Assembly (NCBI GenBank): GCA_038243585.1 | Contig: JBBSQY010000001.1 | Coordinates: forward strand, 1-64,000 | Direction of reading: 5' to 3' | Origin: Candidatus Sumerlaeales bacterium | Lineage (GTDB): Bacteria > Sumerlaeota > Sumerlaeia > Sumerlaeales > Sumerlaeaceae | Length of the DNA: 64,000 bases | Part shown: piece after piece, positions 20,339 to 30,104 of the stretch | How the letters are laid out: each line of letters starts with the position of its first letter | Position numbering within the stretch: position 1 is the stretch's first letter | Notes under the pieces: model-generated | What the model saw: the letters and a program-made list of their open reading frames with translations, nothing else | What the model was told of the DNA's origin: nothing | Databases searched by the model: none | Made by a program: the position numbers and the translations under genes

Positions 20339-20353
20339 TGGCCCGAATTTTGC
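20339..20353 (+). promoter_or_regulatory. Sigma-54 -24/-12 promoter of 20391..20744
   Basis: TGGCCCGAATTTTGC, one mismatch from TGGCACG-N4-TTGC, ending 37 bp before the ATG. Confidence 0.65.
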
Positions 20354-20390
20354 CCCTACCGTGGATTGGAATTCATAAGAAAGGCTTCCC

Positions 20391-20744
20391 ATGACTAACT
20401 CAAACGAATCGAAAACGCCGCACCCTGATAACCCCGTAACGCCAGAGGACTACAACCCTACCCATGACAGGGAATATCCCCATGGGCAGAAAGACATCAC
20501 CGGCGAGAAGGAAGTGCATTTGGCAGAAGATCCCGGTTACGAAGATGATGTAACCGATAGTGAAGGACGCTCGGTTGGCATGAGGCGCACTGGAGAATTC
20601 ATTGTTCCTGACGACAATAACGTAACGGGAGAAGGTTGGACATTGCCGACTCGGGCAGGCGGCGGCTGGGACAAGGCGTTGGAGACTAGCATGGAAGAAC
20701 AGATTGACGAACCTGAGACCCCGGGTAAAACAAATAACCTTTAA
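20391..20744 (+). CDS. Small acidic, probably disordered hypothetical protein
   Basis: 117 aa rich in D/E/T/P/G; AGAAAGG Shine-Dalgarno. Confidence 0.75.
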   Translation: MTNSNESKTPHPDNPVTPEDYNPTHDREYPHGQKDITGEKEVHLAEDPGYEDDVTDSEGRSVGMRRTGEFIVPDDNNVTGEGWTLPTRAGGGWDKALETSMEEQIDEPETPGKTNNL

Positions 20745-20798
20745 TCTGTTATACATTGCGCAGGCTACAAACTCTTTTTGAAGGATCACGCGGGTCAT

Positions 20799-21506
20799 AT
20801 GCTTAACCAGAGGACTTTTCCCAGGTATTCACTATTAAGACTGACGCTAATTTTAGTTGGCGGGATGTTCGTGCTGGCAGGATGTGGGTCCGATGATGAA
20901 AAGAAGCCTGACAAAAAAAGTGAAACTAAGCCTCCTCATCAGCGAGTCGTTATCCTCAAACAGCGATTTAACCAACTGGAAAATTCACTGGATGAAATGG
21001 AACGAGATCTTGCTATCCAGCGCAAGAGGATTGATAGCACGCGTGAAACAGCCAAAGCCATACGGCGCAGTCTGACGACCGGAAACTTAAAAGGCTATTC
21101 TATTGACACTGTTAGCTCTGATCCCATTGTGATAACGGCAATGAAGGACCAGCAAAAGAAGGCTAAAAATAAGGAATCGAAGAAGTCTGATAAAGAAGAA
21201 ACTGATGACCGTATTTTTGATACCGCGCTGATCCTGCTGTTTTTGGCATTTATTGTCGTGCTTTTCGTCGTGTCATTGAAAGAGCGAAAAAAAGCTACTT
21301 CTGCCGCGAATCCTACAGTGCCCCATAATCCTGATTCGACCTCGTCTAATGCGGATTCGACTACAGATAGTACTCCAAACACCAACAATTATCAATATGG
21401 AGAACTGCGCCGGCAAGACGATCCGGATGCACCACCCGCCCTAAATGATGAGTTGTTGACGCCATTCCCTGACGAGCCCGATGACGAAGAGGATCCCAGG
21501 CAGTGA
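20799..21506 (+). CDS. Hypothetical lipoprotein with coiled coil and a second TM segment
   Basis: Lipobox VLAG|C; heptad region QRFNQLENSLDEMERDL; TM TALILLFLAFIVVLFVVSL; overlaps the pyrF start. Confidence 0.7.
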   Translation: MLNQRTFPRYSLLRLTLILVGGMFVLAGCGSDDEKKPDKKSETKPPHQRVVILKQRFNQLENSLDEMERDLAIQRKRIDSTRETAKAIRRSLTTGNLKGYSIDTVSSDPIVITAMKDQQKKAKNKESKKSDKEETDDRIFDTALILLFLAFIVVLFVVSLKERKKATSAANPTVPHNPDSTSSNADSTTDSTPNTNNYQYGELRRQDDPDAPPALNDELLTPFPDEPDDEEDPRQ

Positions 21507-22387
21507 CGTCAGCCGAAACTGTTCGGAAGCGAAAGCAGTCTTCCGAACCCTCGGCTCATCCTGAACTTTCCTTTAATATATGGCTTGAAGCGACCTGCCG
21601 GCGGCGGTTGTCCCATCTTTGCGTTGGGCTGGATCCGGATCTCGAACAGATCAAACCGGTAACAGATCCTCGTAGAACTCATAATGTCGAGACCTGCGTT
21701 CAAGCCATGATTCTTGCGGCAGCCGCAGCGGCGCCTTATGCTGCGGCCTTCAAGCCAAACGCCGCGTTTTTTGAAGCGCTGGAAGAAACACTTCCACTCA
21801 TGGCGCATATGGGAGTTGGTCTGCGGGAAAATTATCCAGAAGTCATTTCCATTTGTGACGCGAAGCGTGGCGATATCGGAAATACCAGCGCTCGATATGC
21901 CGAGGCCGTTTTCGAAAATCAGAATTTTCATTCTGTTACCGTCAATCCCCTGATGGGATATGACGCAGTTGAACCTTTTTTGCGTAATCCCGCGCGCGGA
22001 GCTTTTTTACTTTGCCTAACATCGAACCCCGGTGCAGACGACTTCCTTCTAAAGAACGAGCTGTACCTGCGCATAGCGGAAAAAGCTGTCAGTTGGAATT
22101 CCAACAACAATGTAGGGCTGGTGGTTGGCGCAACACGTCCGGAGTATTTGGAAAAAATACGCCAGATTGCCCCGGATCTGCCGCTGTTGATTCCCGGTAT
22201 TGGCGCCCAGGGCGGACAACTGGCAGAAACTCTGGACGCCATCGGGGCACGCAGCAATCGCGCCTTCTTGATCAACGCATCACGTTCATTAATTTATCCA
22301 GAAGGCGCAACTTCTGATAACTATTCGGAGCGCGTAGCCGCGGCGGCTCAAAAGCTTAAAGATGAAATCAACTCCTGTCTAATTTAA
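21503..22387 (+). CDS. pyrF: Orotidine-5'-phosphate decarboxylase
   Basis: LCVGLDP, FKPN, DAKRGDIGNT, LTSNPG, VVGAT, PGIGAQGG, NASR. Confidence 0.96.
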   Translation: MTSAETVRKRKQSSEPSAHPELSFNIWLEATCRRRLSHLCVGLDPDLEQIKPVTDPRRTHNVETCVQAMILAAAAAAPYAAAFKPNAAFFEALEETLPLMAHMGVGLRENYPEVISICDAKRGDIGNTSARYAEAVFENQNFHSVTVNPLMGYDAVEPFLRNPARGAFLLCLTSNPGADDFLLKNELYLRIAEKAVSWNSNNNVGLVVGATRPEYLEKIRQIAPDLPLLIPGIGAQGGQLAETLDAIGARSNRAFLINASRSLIYPEGATSDNYSERVAAAAQKLKDEINSCLI

Positions 22388-22415
22388 CTTTATATCCAAC
22401 GAAAATACTAAAGAT

Positions 22416-22455
22416 AAAAAAGAAAGCCCCCGATCTGTTGCCAGATCGGGGGCTT
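22416..22455 (-). terminator. Intrinsic terminator of atpD (may also serve pyrF)
   Basis: AAGCCCCCGATCTG-ttgc-CAGATCGGGGGCTT with an A-tract on the left, i.e. a U-tract on the minus strand. Confidence 0.85.
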
Positions 22456-22483
22456 GATATTTCAGATTGATTTATTCTGCGTC

Positions 22484-23935
<1,452 letters not shown>

Positions 23936-24193
23936 TTAGAATTGTGCAATTTTTCACAAGCAATTCGCGTTATCCCTTTAACCCATATAGCCGTAAAGGA
24001 TAAACCGCGCATCTGTTGGGGACAAATTTCTGCTGCCCGACTGCTACAATACGCACAACGTTCTGGCAAATTCGCCTGCAACGCAACGCGAAAACCAAGT
24101 TTTTCCGACAGTAATTCAGTCGCCGCAGTGATAAAGAGTTGATCACATTGATGGTGAGCAGGTAACGCAACAGGTAATCAACGCTGAGAAAGC

Positions 24194-24658
24194 ATGAGAC
24201 ACGGCGGTATGCGGAGACACAGAAGAGGGGCAAAACCGGTGGCCGAAATCAACCTGACTTCGTTGCTGGATGTGACTTTTGTGCTTCTGATCGCCTTCAT
24301 GATTACGGCGCCATCCCTAAAAAGCGGCGTCGAAATAGATTTGCCAACCATGACCCAGGGAGCCGCTGAGCTTACCAGCGATCAGCCCGACCTTGCAACC
24401 ATTTCCATATCCAAAGCCATGGCAGGCGCAGCCGGACAGACCGGTCCGCGTTCATTTGAACTGGATGGAGAACTGCTCGAGTTAAATGAACTGGAAACCC
24501 GCCTTGTCACACGCAACAAAGCAGCAGCTGGCAAGCTGGGGGTTGAAATCAATGCTGACGGCGATGTGCACTATGAGGCTTTTGTACAAGTGGTGGGCGC
24601 GCTGCGCCGTGCCGGCATCGAAGGAGTAGCCTTGCCCGTGGACACTACAGTCCCCTGA
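24194..24658 (+). CDS. ExbD/TolR family protein
   Basis: AEINLTSLLDVTFVLLIAFMITAP with conserved TM Asp; C-terminal INADGDVHY...LRRAGI. Confidence 0.92.
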   Translation: MRHGGMRRHRRGAKPVAEINLTSLLDVTFVLLIAFMITAPSLKSGVEIDLPTMTQGAAELTSDQPDLATISISKAMAGAAGQTGPRSFELDGELLELNELETRLVTRNKAAAGKLGVEINADGDVHYEAFVQVVGALRRAGIEGVALPVDTTVP

Positions 24659-24731
24659 GAGCGAAACTACAAATTACGATTTACAGATATAGAAGCGCTA
24701 ATTTCTCGATTCCGGCGACAGCAGGTGGATT

Positions 24732-25832
24732 TTGCTGAAGTATCTGAAATATTCTTTGGCAATCCATGGGATTCTATTGGGCCTGGCCATCTCGATGGCT
24801 TGGTGGCAGCCGAAGCCCGAGGTGAAGAAGCTGAAATTTCTGGTGCTGCCAAAAGGCACGACTCTTGACGCCGGCGGACCTGGCGCCACACCTCCGGAAA
24901 TGGAGTTGCCATCTCTGTCGGATCCTTCGCCAGAGCAGCCATCAGAACCGACGCCAATTCCCATTGTGGAAACGACGCCTGAACCAACACCTGCCGCGAC
25001 CCCCGAACCGACTCCCGTGGTCACGCCTGCGCCAACGCCCCGCCCCGATCAGACCGCCACACCCCGCCTGACACCGATGCCAGCAAAAGAAACACCAACT
25101 CCAACGCCGGCTCCCACGCCAGAAAACACGCCGGAGCCTACTCCAAAGCCAACGCCAAAACCGACTCCTAAGCCCAAACCAACACCGACGCCGACGCCAA
25201 AACCAACGCCGAAGACAACCCCAAAGCCAGACAAGAAAAAGTCTGAAAAGTCAGACGAACCCGAAACGTCAGAAAAGTCAGACAAGTCAGACAAGTCAGA
25301 AAAGTCAGAAAAAAAAGATACCAAAAAGAAGCCGGGCAAATCTGACAAGTCAGAAACACCTGAGAAAACAAAAAAAGATTCCGACGACGAAAAATCGGAT
25401 AAAAAAGAAATCGCCAGCGCCTACGATGCGGAGAAGAAAAAGACCGACCCCGCTGGTAAAGGGGAAGGAGAGGGCGGCGATAAAGCCGGCAAGACCGGCG
25501 TGCCCGACGGCGTCGAGGGCGCCCCGCTGCCTTTGGACCGCCCGGAGGGAACCCTAAGCACTCTTTATACGAACCGCGCCATCCAACTGCTGTCGCGCAA
25601 TTTCATCGCCCCTCCCGGCATTAACGATCCTGGCATTGTTTGCTTGGTGGAATGGGAAATCCTGCCCGAAGGCACTATTCAAAACATTAAAGTCGTAAAA
25701 TCCACAGGAAATCAGGAACTGGATCAGGCTGCATACAATGCTGTCAGCACCACCGGAAATCTCGGTCGGCTTCCCGCCGAATTCGCAGGTCAGTCCTTAT
25801 GGGTCTCATTGCCGTTTATTTTCGGAGAATAA
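24732..25832 (+). CDS. TonB/TolA family energy transducer
   Basis: TM with SxxxH (SLAIH); Pro-Thr/Pro-Lys and Lys-Ser-Asp linker; C-terminal KSTGNQELDQAAYNAV...LPFIF. Confidence 0.88.
   Translation: MLKYLKYSLAIHGILLGLAISMAWWQPKPEVKKLKFLVLPKGTTLDAGGPGATPPEMELPSLSDPSPEQPSEPTPIPIVETTPEPTPAATPEPTPVVTPAPTPRPDQTATPRLTPMPAKETPTPTPAPTPENTPEPTPKPTPKPTPKPKPTPTPTPKPTPKTTPKPDKKKSEKSDEPETSEKSDKSDKSEKSEKKDTKKKPGKSDKSETPEKTKKDSDDEKSDKKEIASAYDAEKKKTDPAGKGEGEGGDKAGKTGVPDGVEGAPLPLDRPEGTLSTLYTNRAIQLLSRNFIAPPGINDPGIVCLVEWEILPEGTIQNIKVVKSTGNQELDQAAYNAVSTTGNLGRLPAEFAGQSLWVSLPFIFGE
25268..25312 (+). repeat. Five tandem 9-bp units GTCAGA(A/C)AA encoding SEK/SDK
   Basis: Read directly; in-frame within the TonB/TolA linker. 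Confidence 0.9.
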
Positions 25833-25956
25833 TGAAATACAAGCGTGCTTTCTTACTTAATAAAAAGCGGGCAATCGCAATTAAAGCAGATAGAAATGCA
25901 TCCATGATTTGTGCAGCGAAGACAGCGGATCAAACCTTTATGACGGAGCGCGCACG

Positions 25957-26331
25957 ATGTTTAAATGGCTAAAGGGCGGAGCCGGTGGACTACGGCGCAA
26001 CGCCTTCATTTTGTATCTTGCGTATAAAGACCCAAGAATGCCCTGGTACGCAAAAGCATTCACTATTTGCGTCGTCGCTTACGCGTTCAGTCCGATTGAT
26101 CTCATACCCGATTTTATCCCAATCCTCGGGCTCTTGGATGACGTCATCCTTGTGCCCCTCGGCATTTCGCTGGCCCTTAAAATGATTCCGGAACAGGTGC
26201 GTCTGGACGTGACGGCAGAGGCGGAGATCCGGCGACAGGAGCGGAAACCGAAATTCTGGATAGTAGGCGTCATTATCATAATCATCTGGATTATCGTAGC
26301 CGTATCCCTGATCCAGTTTATATCACGGTAG
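25957..26331 (+). CDS. YkvA / DUF1232 family membrane protein
   Basis: KDPRMPWYAK...YAFSPIDLIPDFIPILGLLDD; start ATG 25957 preferred. Confidence 0.93.
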   Translation: MFKWLKGGAGGLRRNAFILYLAYKDPRMPWYAKAFTICVVAYAFSPIDLIPDFIPILGLLDDVILVPLGISLALKMIPEQVRLDVTAEAEIRRQERKPKFWIVGVIIIIIWIIVAVSLIQFISR

Positions 26332-26630
26332 ACGAACTCAGGATAACTGCACCACAGTTTCCCGTAGTTAACATAGCAGCAGAGATCGGAACGGCCACGG
26401 ATATGACTGCGGGCACTAAGCCAACGGTCCGGGAGTGTCCCAGTTTCAGGACCGACAACAATGGTGATATCCGGCCATTTGGAAGACGCGCCTGCTCCAG
26501 ATATGAACATGATATATGGAAATAGGCACATTTAACCAGGCTAGTCATTACCATCAGAACGAATCGATTTCGTCGGGGAGCGCAAAATTGCTCAACTCCA
26601 TTGTTAGTTTGTCAAATTGATAATTCCGAC

Positions 26631-27176
26631 TCACAAATCCCACGTATCCAGCACCCGTTGATCCTCCGCAAACTTTACCTGCACATTAAGATCCGACAGT
26701 GGACCGGCGTAGGAAAACGATGTCGTATGAGCATAATAGTTGTCGGGTATAAACGAGACAGGTTCTGAAAACATTACCGTTTTGGTTTTGTCAGATATAA
26801 CGTCTATGACGAAATCCCTGCCTTGGCCGGACGTGAATATGACTTCCATGTTATACCGGCTTGGATCGTCCTTAGACTTGTCGACCTTCGTTATGTTTGC
26901 GCCATAATTTCCCGACGGCGCGGGTGTTGGTTTGACTGAAGACGCCGGAGAAGACATCGGCGCTTCTCCGGGCATAGCGCCGGCGTCGTTGTCACGGACC
27001 CCGTCCGTTGGCGGCGCTCCCTCCGGCGCTCCCTCCGGCGGCGCGGCGGACTCGACGCTCTCTGCGGGTTTCCCGTCAGCGACGGATTCCCCTCCCGTTC
27101 CGCCTTTGTCGCACCCGCAAACAAGCGGTAGTGACAGCAGTACTAGAATGGTTCCTTTAATGGATAATCTCATCAA
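26631..27176 (-). CDS. Hypothetical lipoprotein with Pro/Ala-rich linker and small beta-rich C-terminal domain
   Basis: Lipobox-like LVCG|C; disordered linker; last gene of the ExbB-like operon (15-bp gap). Confidence 0.75.
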   Translation of the reverse strand: MMRLSIKGTILVLLSLPLVCGCDKGGTGGESVADGKPAESVESAAPPEGAPEGAPPTDGVRDNDAGAMPGEAPMSSPASSVKPTPAPSGNYGANITKVDKSKDDPSRYNMEVIFTSGQGRDFVIDVISDKTKTVMFSEPVSFIPDNYYAHTTSFSYAGPLSDLNVQVKFAEDQRVLDTWDL

Positions 27177-27191
27177 CGTGATATCGCTTTC

Positions 27192-27977
27192 TTACTGAAC
27201 TTTAGAGGATGTACCTGATGGACCATAGGACAATGTGTCAGTATCGGACTTAAACATAAATCCGACGTCCCATCCTGCGCTTTGCAGCATGGCTCTCAAT
27301 TTAATAAAATCTTCAAACGCGTCAGGCTCCACATAGCATTCCACATAATGGGCAGCCTGGTTTAGCGTTAGCAGAATATCTCTGAGAGTGCCGCCTGAAG
27401 AAATGAGAGCCTCTACCGATTGTCCCTCTCCTTTAGACGTAAGTTCTATGTCCTCCCCGAAGATGTTCACCTCGTAATCTTGAGAGAAAAAATCCTCGTC
27501 GGTTCTTCCAGCGATACGGACTTTATCATCGCCGATGAATGAGAGAAATACCATGGGCCTTTTGTTCGTAGACCGGGCAACCGGCGATCTCTTCGGCATC
27601 GTCTGGGCCAGGTTATTCATCTGTTCCAGCCCGGCTTTTGAAACTTCATACTGCTGCCGCAGCTGTTCATACTGAGAGCCAAGAGTCGACTTCGATTCCA
27701 GCGCCGCAACCTCCGCTCGAAGCTTTGCCAGAGCCGCCTGAGCCGTCTGCATATCTTTTTGCTTCTGCAAATTTTCCTGCAGTTGCCTGGCCATACGATC
27801 CAAGGTTTCCGCGGTCACCTGACTGGCTTCCAGCTGCTCCATCAGTTCGGGATCACCCTGGTTGACGGTTTGAGAAATTGACAGAATGGTAATGAACAGG
27901 ATTACGCCCACACCGCAGGCTATTACATCAAGAAACGAAAAGCTGAAAATCTCCACCGGCTTACGTTGAGATTTCAT
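27192..27977 (-). CDS. Atypical ExbD/TolR/MotB-like bitopic protein with coiled coil (copy 2)
   Basis: N-terminal FSFSFLDVIACGVGVILFITIL with TM Asp; coiled coil; C-terminal YVEPDAF...GWDVGF. Confidence 0.75.
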   Translation of the reverse strand: MKSQRKPVEIFSFSFLDVIACGVGVILFITILSISQTVNQGDPELMEQLEASQVTAETLDRMARQLQENLQKQKDMQTAQAALAKLRAEVAALESKSTLGSQYEQLRQQYEVSKAGLEQMNNLAQTMPKRSPVARSTNKRPMVFLSFIGDDKVRIAGRTDEDFFSQDYEVNIFGEDIELTSKGEGQSVEALISSGGTLRDILLTLNQAAHYVECYVEPDAFEDFIKLRAMLQSAGWDVGFMFKSDTDTLSYGPSGTSSKVQ

Positions 27978-28693
27978 TTTGCGCCGCCTTCAAGAATCGG
28001 AGCCCACACCTTGGTGTAGGGTTCGAATCCGTGAGGAATGCCAGCAGTTTCCACAAGATCCTCCACGCTTTCCCATAGGTCGACCCCCTCCGGTCTAATG
28101 ATGAAAAGCGGGTATTCCTGATCGCGAATTCGTATCAGGCCGGCGACAAAGTCATCCACCGCGCTAGCTTGAATGACGTTTTTTTGTCCACCACCGCGAT
28201 CAATCAGGTGGTCCTTCTGCACTTCCACAAATCGCGCCTTTTGAGAAATTGAGCCTGTTCCGAACCAGATACCATTAACTGAATCGCGCTGACGAACCGT
28301 TTGAGATTGGAGCTGGGCAACCGCCTGTTGAGCCTGGGTAACGGTATCGGTCGTCAGGGTTGCATACGTGTTAGCTTTCGCCGTCAGCTCCTTTACTTGC
28401 ACCGCAAGCTGCTCAAGGTTTGCCTCAACCCCCGCTTTCATGGAGTCCCATTGCCGCGCATCGGTTTCCGCTTTAATGTTATCCTGAACCTGCTCCACCA
28501 CAGCCGCTTTTTTTCCTTCAATTTCGTCGATTTCCTGCTGAATTGTCTGCGGGTCAAAAGTGATGGAAACCTGGTTGAAAATCATCAGGAGAATGAGAAC
28601 TAGAGCCCCAAGGGCACAGGCAAACACATCCAGGAATGACAGATTGAATATGCTGACAGCCTCACGGGTTTCGTAATCGTCTCTCCGTGCCAT
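27974..28693 (-). CDS. Atypical ExbD/TolR/MotB-like bitopic protein with coiled coil (copy 1)
   Basis: FNLSFLDVFACALGALVLILLM; coiled coil; C-terminal YPLFIIRPEG...GFEP; ATGA overlap with the next gene. Confidence 0.75.
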   Translation of the reverse strand: MARRDDYETREAVSIFNLSFLDVFACALGALVLILLMIFNQVSITFDPQTIQQEIDEIEGKKAAVVEQVQDNIKAETDARQWDSMKAGVEANLEQLAVQVKELTAKANTYATLTTDTVTQAQQAVAQLQSQTVRQRDSVNGIWFGTGSISQKARFVEVQKDHLIDRGGGQKNVIQASAVDDFVAGLIRIRDQEYPLFIIRPEGVDLWESVEDLVETAGIPHGFEPYTKVWAPILEGGAK

Positions 28694-28699
28694 AGCGGA

Positions 28700-30052
28700 C
28701 TAGCCGCGTCCCGGCGTGGATACGACGCTGCTGATGGCGACGTTTGCCGTCACGCCATCCGTGTGCAGTTTTTCGGCAACTGCAGCTAGCTTATCCAGTA
28801 CCGCAGAAAGGTGCGCCTGTCTATCCATATCCTGCTTTATCAGATCTGCCAGTACGTTCGCCTGGGATGCGAATGTATTGGAAAGATGCTGTATGTCCTC
28901 TTTATTTATGGCGCTGGTTTGCATCCAGTTTAGCTGCTGCTGAATGTGAACGAGGTTAGTTTCAATGTAGTGCTTTAGCTGAATGGCTACGCCGCTTTCG
29001 GTGAGGCTGGATGCGATGCTTTTTCCATCCGCAGAAAGCGAGGCCAGACTTTCAGCCACTACCTGTTTCGCAACATCGGCAAGGCTTTGTCCCTGGGCTC
29101 CGTCGGGGCTTTGCAACACTACAACCGCGCCGCTGACTGGCGTGCCTGCATATGCCATGGCAGGGCCCGCTTCTGCAGCCGGGGCTCCCTCCGGGCGGGC
29201 GGCGAATACCAGCCGCGGACGAATTCTCAGGGCATAAAATTCGTCGATCGCATTCAACAATCCGAGTTCATACCGGTCAACATAAGCCATCAGCAGAGCA
29301 ATAAGCGAGCTATAGATCAACGCCACAAATGTGGTATCAAACGCAACCCCCAGTTCATTACAGATCTCGACAAGGTTGCTGTTAACGTCTGCCTTGCCCT
29401 GGCTTTGGGTTATGACTTCACTAAAGCCCGAAACGGCCAGCGATATTCCAAGCACGGTGCCGAGAAATCCGAGCGTGGGAATAAGCCAGATGAGGTAGCG
29501 GACAGGGACATGACTGGCGTCGAGTTTACGACGTTCCACCGATGCAATTTGATCAACGACTCCATCCATTTCTGATCGATTTTCGGCAGTCGTGCTCCGC
29601 ACGAAAATCTGGTGGATAGTCTGATCCACAAGGGTTTTCGTATTTGCCGGTCCTCCCGGCACTGCTTCCAGTGCGTTTCCAGTAGCAGGACCAGACGTCA
29701 TGCCTAATTGATCAGACCACGCTGTCAAACGGCGAAACTCCAGACGCAGCAGAGGAAGACGAATCAGTAATAAAGACAGTCCAATAGTTAATCCGAGGGT
29801 CATAATATGGGGTATACTACCACGCATAAACAACCGTTCGTAAGTGAAGCCGAAGACCCAATTATCCACTCCGGCTCGCTTAAGCAGGGTGAAAACCAAG
29901 ATGATCAGGCCATAAAGCACCAATCCCAGACCAATGGATGACAACATCCAACTGCTGGCAAGAGCGTGGGGTTTCCGATAGCCGTTCCAGGTTGTTTCAC
30001 CCGTATTAGGCTGGGTGTACGGCGGTGGTGGCGGCGGCATGCTTGTCGACAT
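28700..30052 (-). CDS. MotA/TolQ/ExbB proton channel family protein with long C-terminal tail
   Basis: LIPTLGFLGTVLGI and LGVAFDTTFVAL channel helices; two N-terminal TMs; about 190-aa C-terminal extension. Confidence 0.9.
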   Translation of the reverse strand: MSTSMPPPPPPYTQPNTGETTWNGYRKPHALASSWMLSSIGLGLVLYGLIILVFTLLKRAGVDNWVFGFTYERLFMRGSIPHIMTLGLTIGLSLLLIRLPLLRLEFRRLTAWSDQLGMTSGPATGNALEAVPGGPANTKTLVDQTIHQIFVRSTTAENRSEMDGVVDQIASVERRKLDASHVPVRYLIWLIPTLGFLGTVLGISLAVSGFSEVITQSQGKADVNSNLVEICNELGVAFDTTFVALIYSSLIALLMAYVDRYELGLLNAIDEFYALRIRPRLVFAARPEGAPAAEAGPAMAYAGTPVSGAVVVLQSPDGAQGQSLADVAKQVVAESLASLSADGKSIASSLTESGVAIQLKHYIETNLVHIQQQLNWMQTSAINKEDIQHLSNTFASQANVLADLIKQDMDRQAHLSAVLDKLAAVAEKLHTDGVTANVAISSVVSTPGRG

Positions 30053-30104
30053 GAGTTGTTATCTTTCCTGGAACTCTTTTTTTTAATAGGTTTTGAAGCA
30101 AAAG

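Noticed and set aside
26631..30052. Calling the motor operon Zorya or flagellar MotAB
   Set aside because: No OmpA-like domain recognised in the B-like subunits, no ZorC/D/E or flagellar genes, and two B-like genes rather than one
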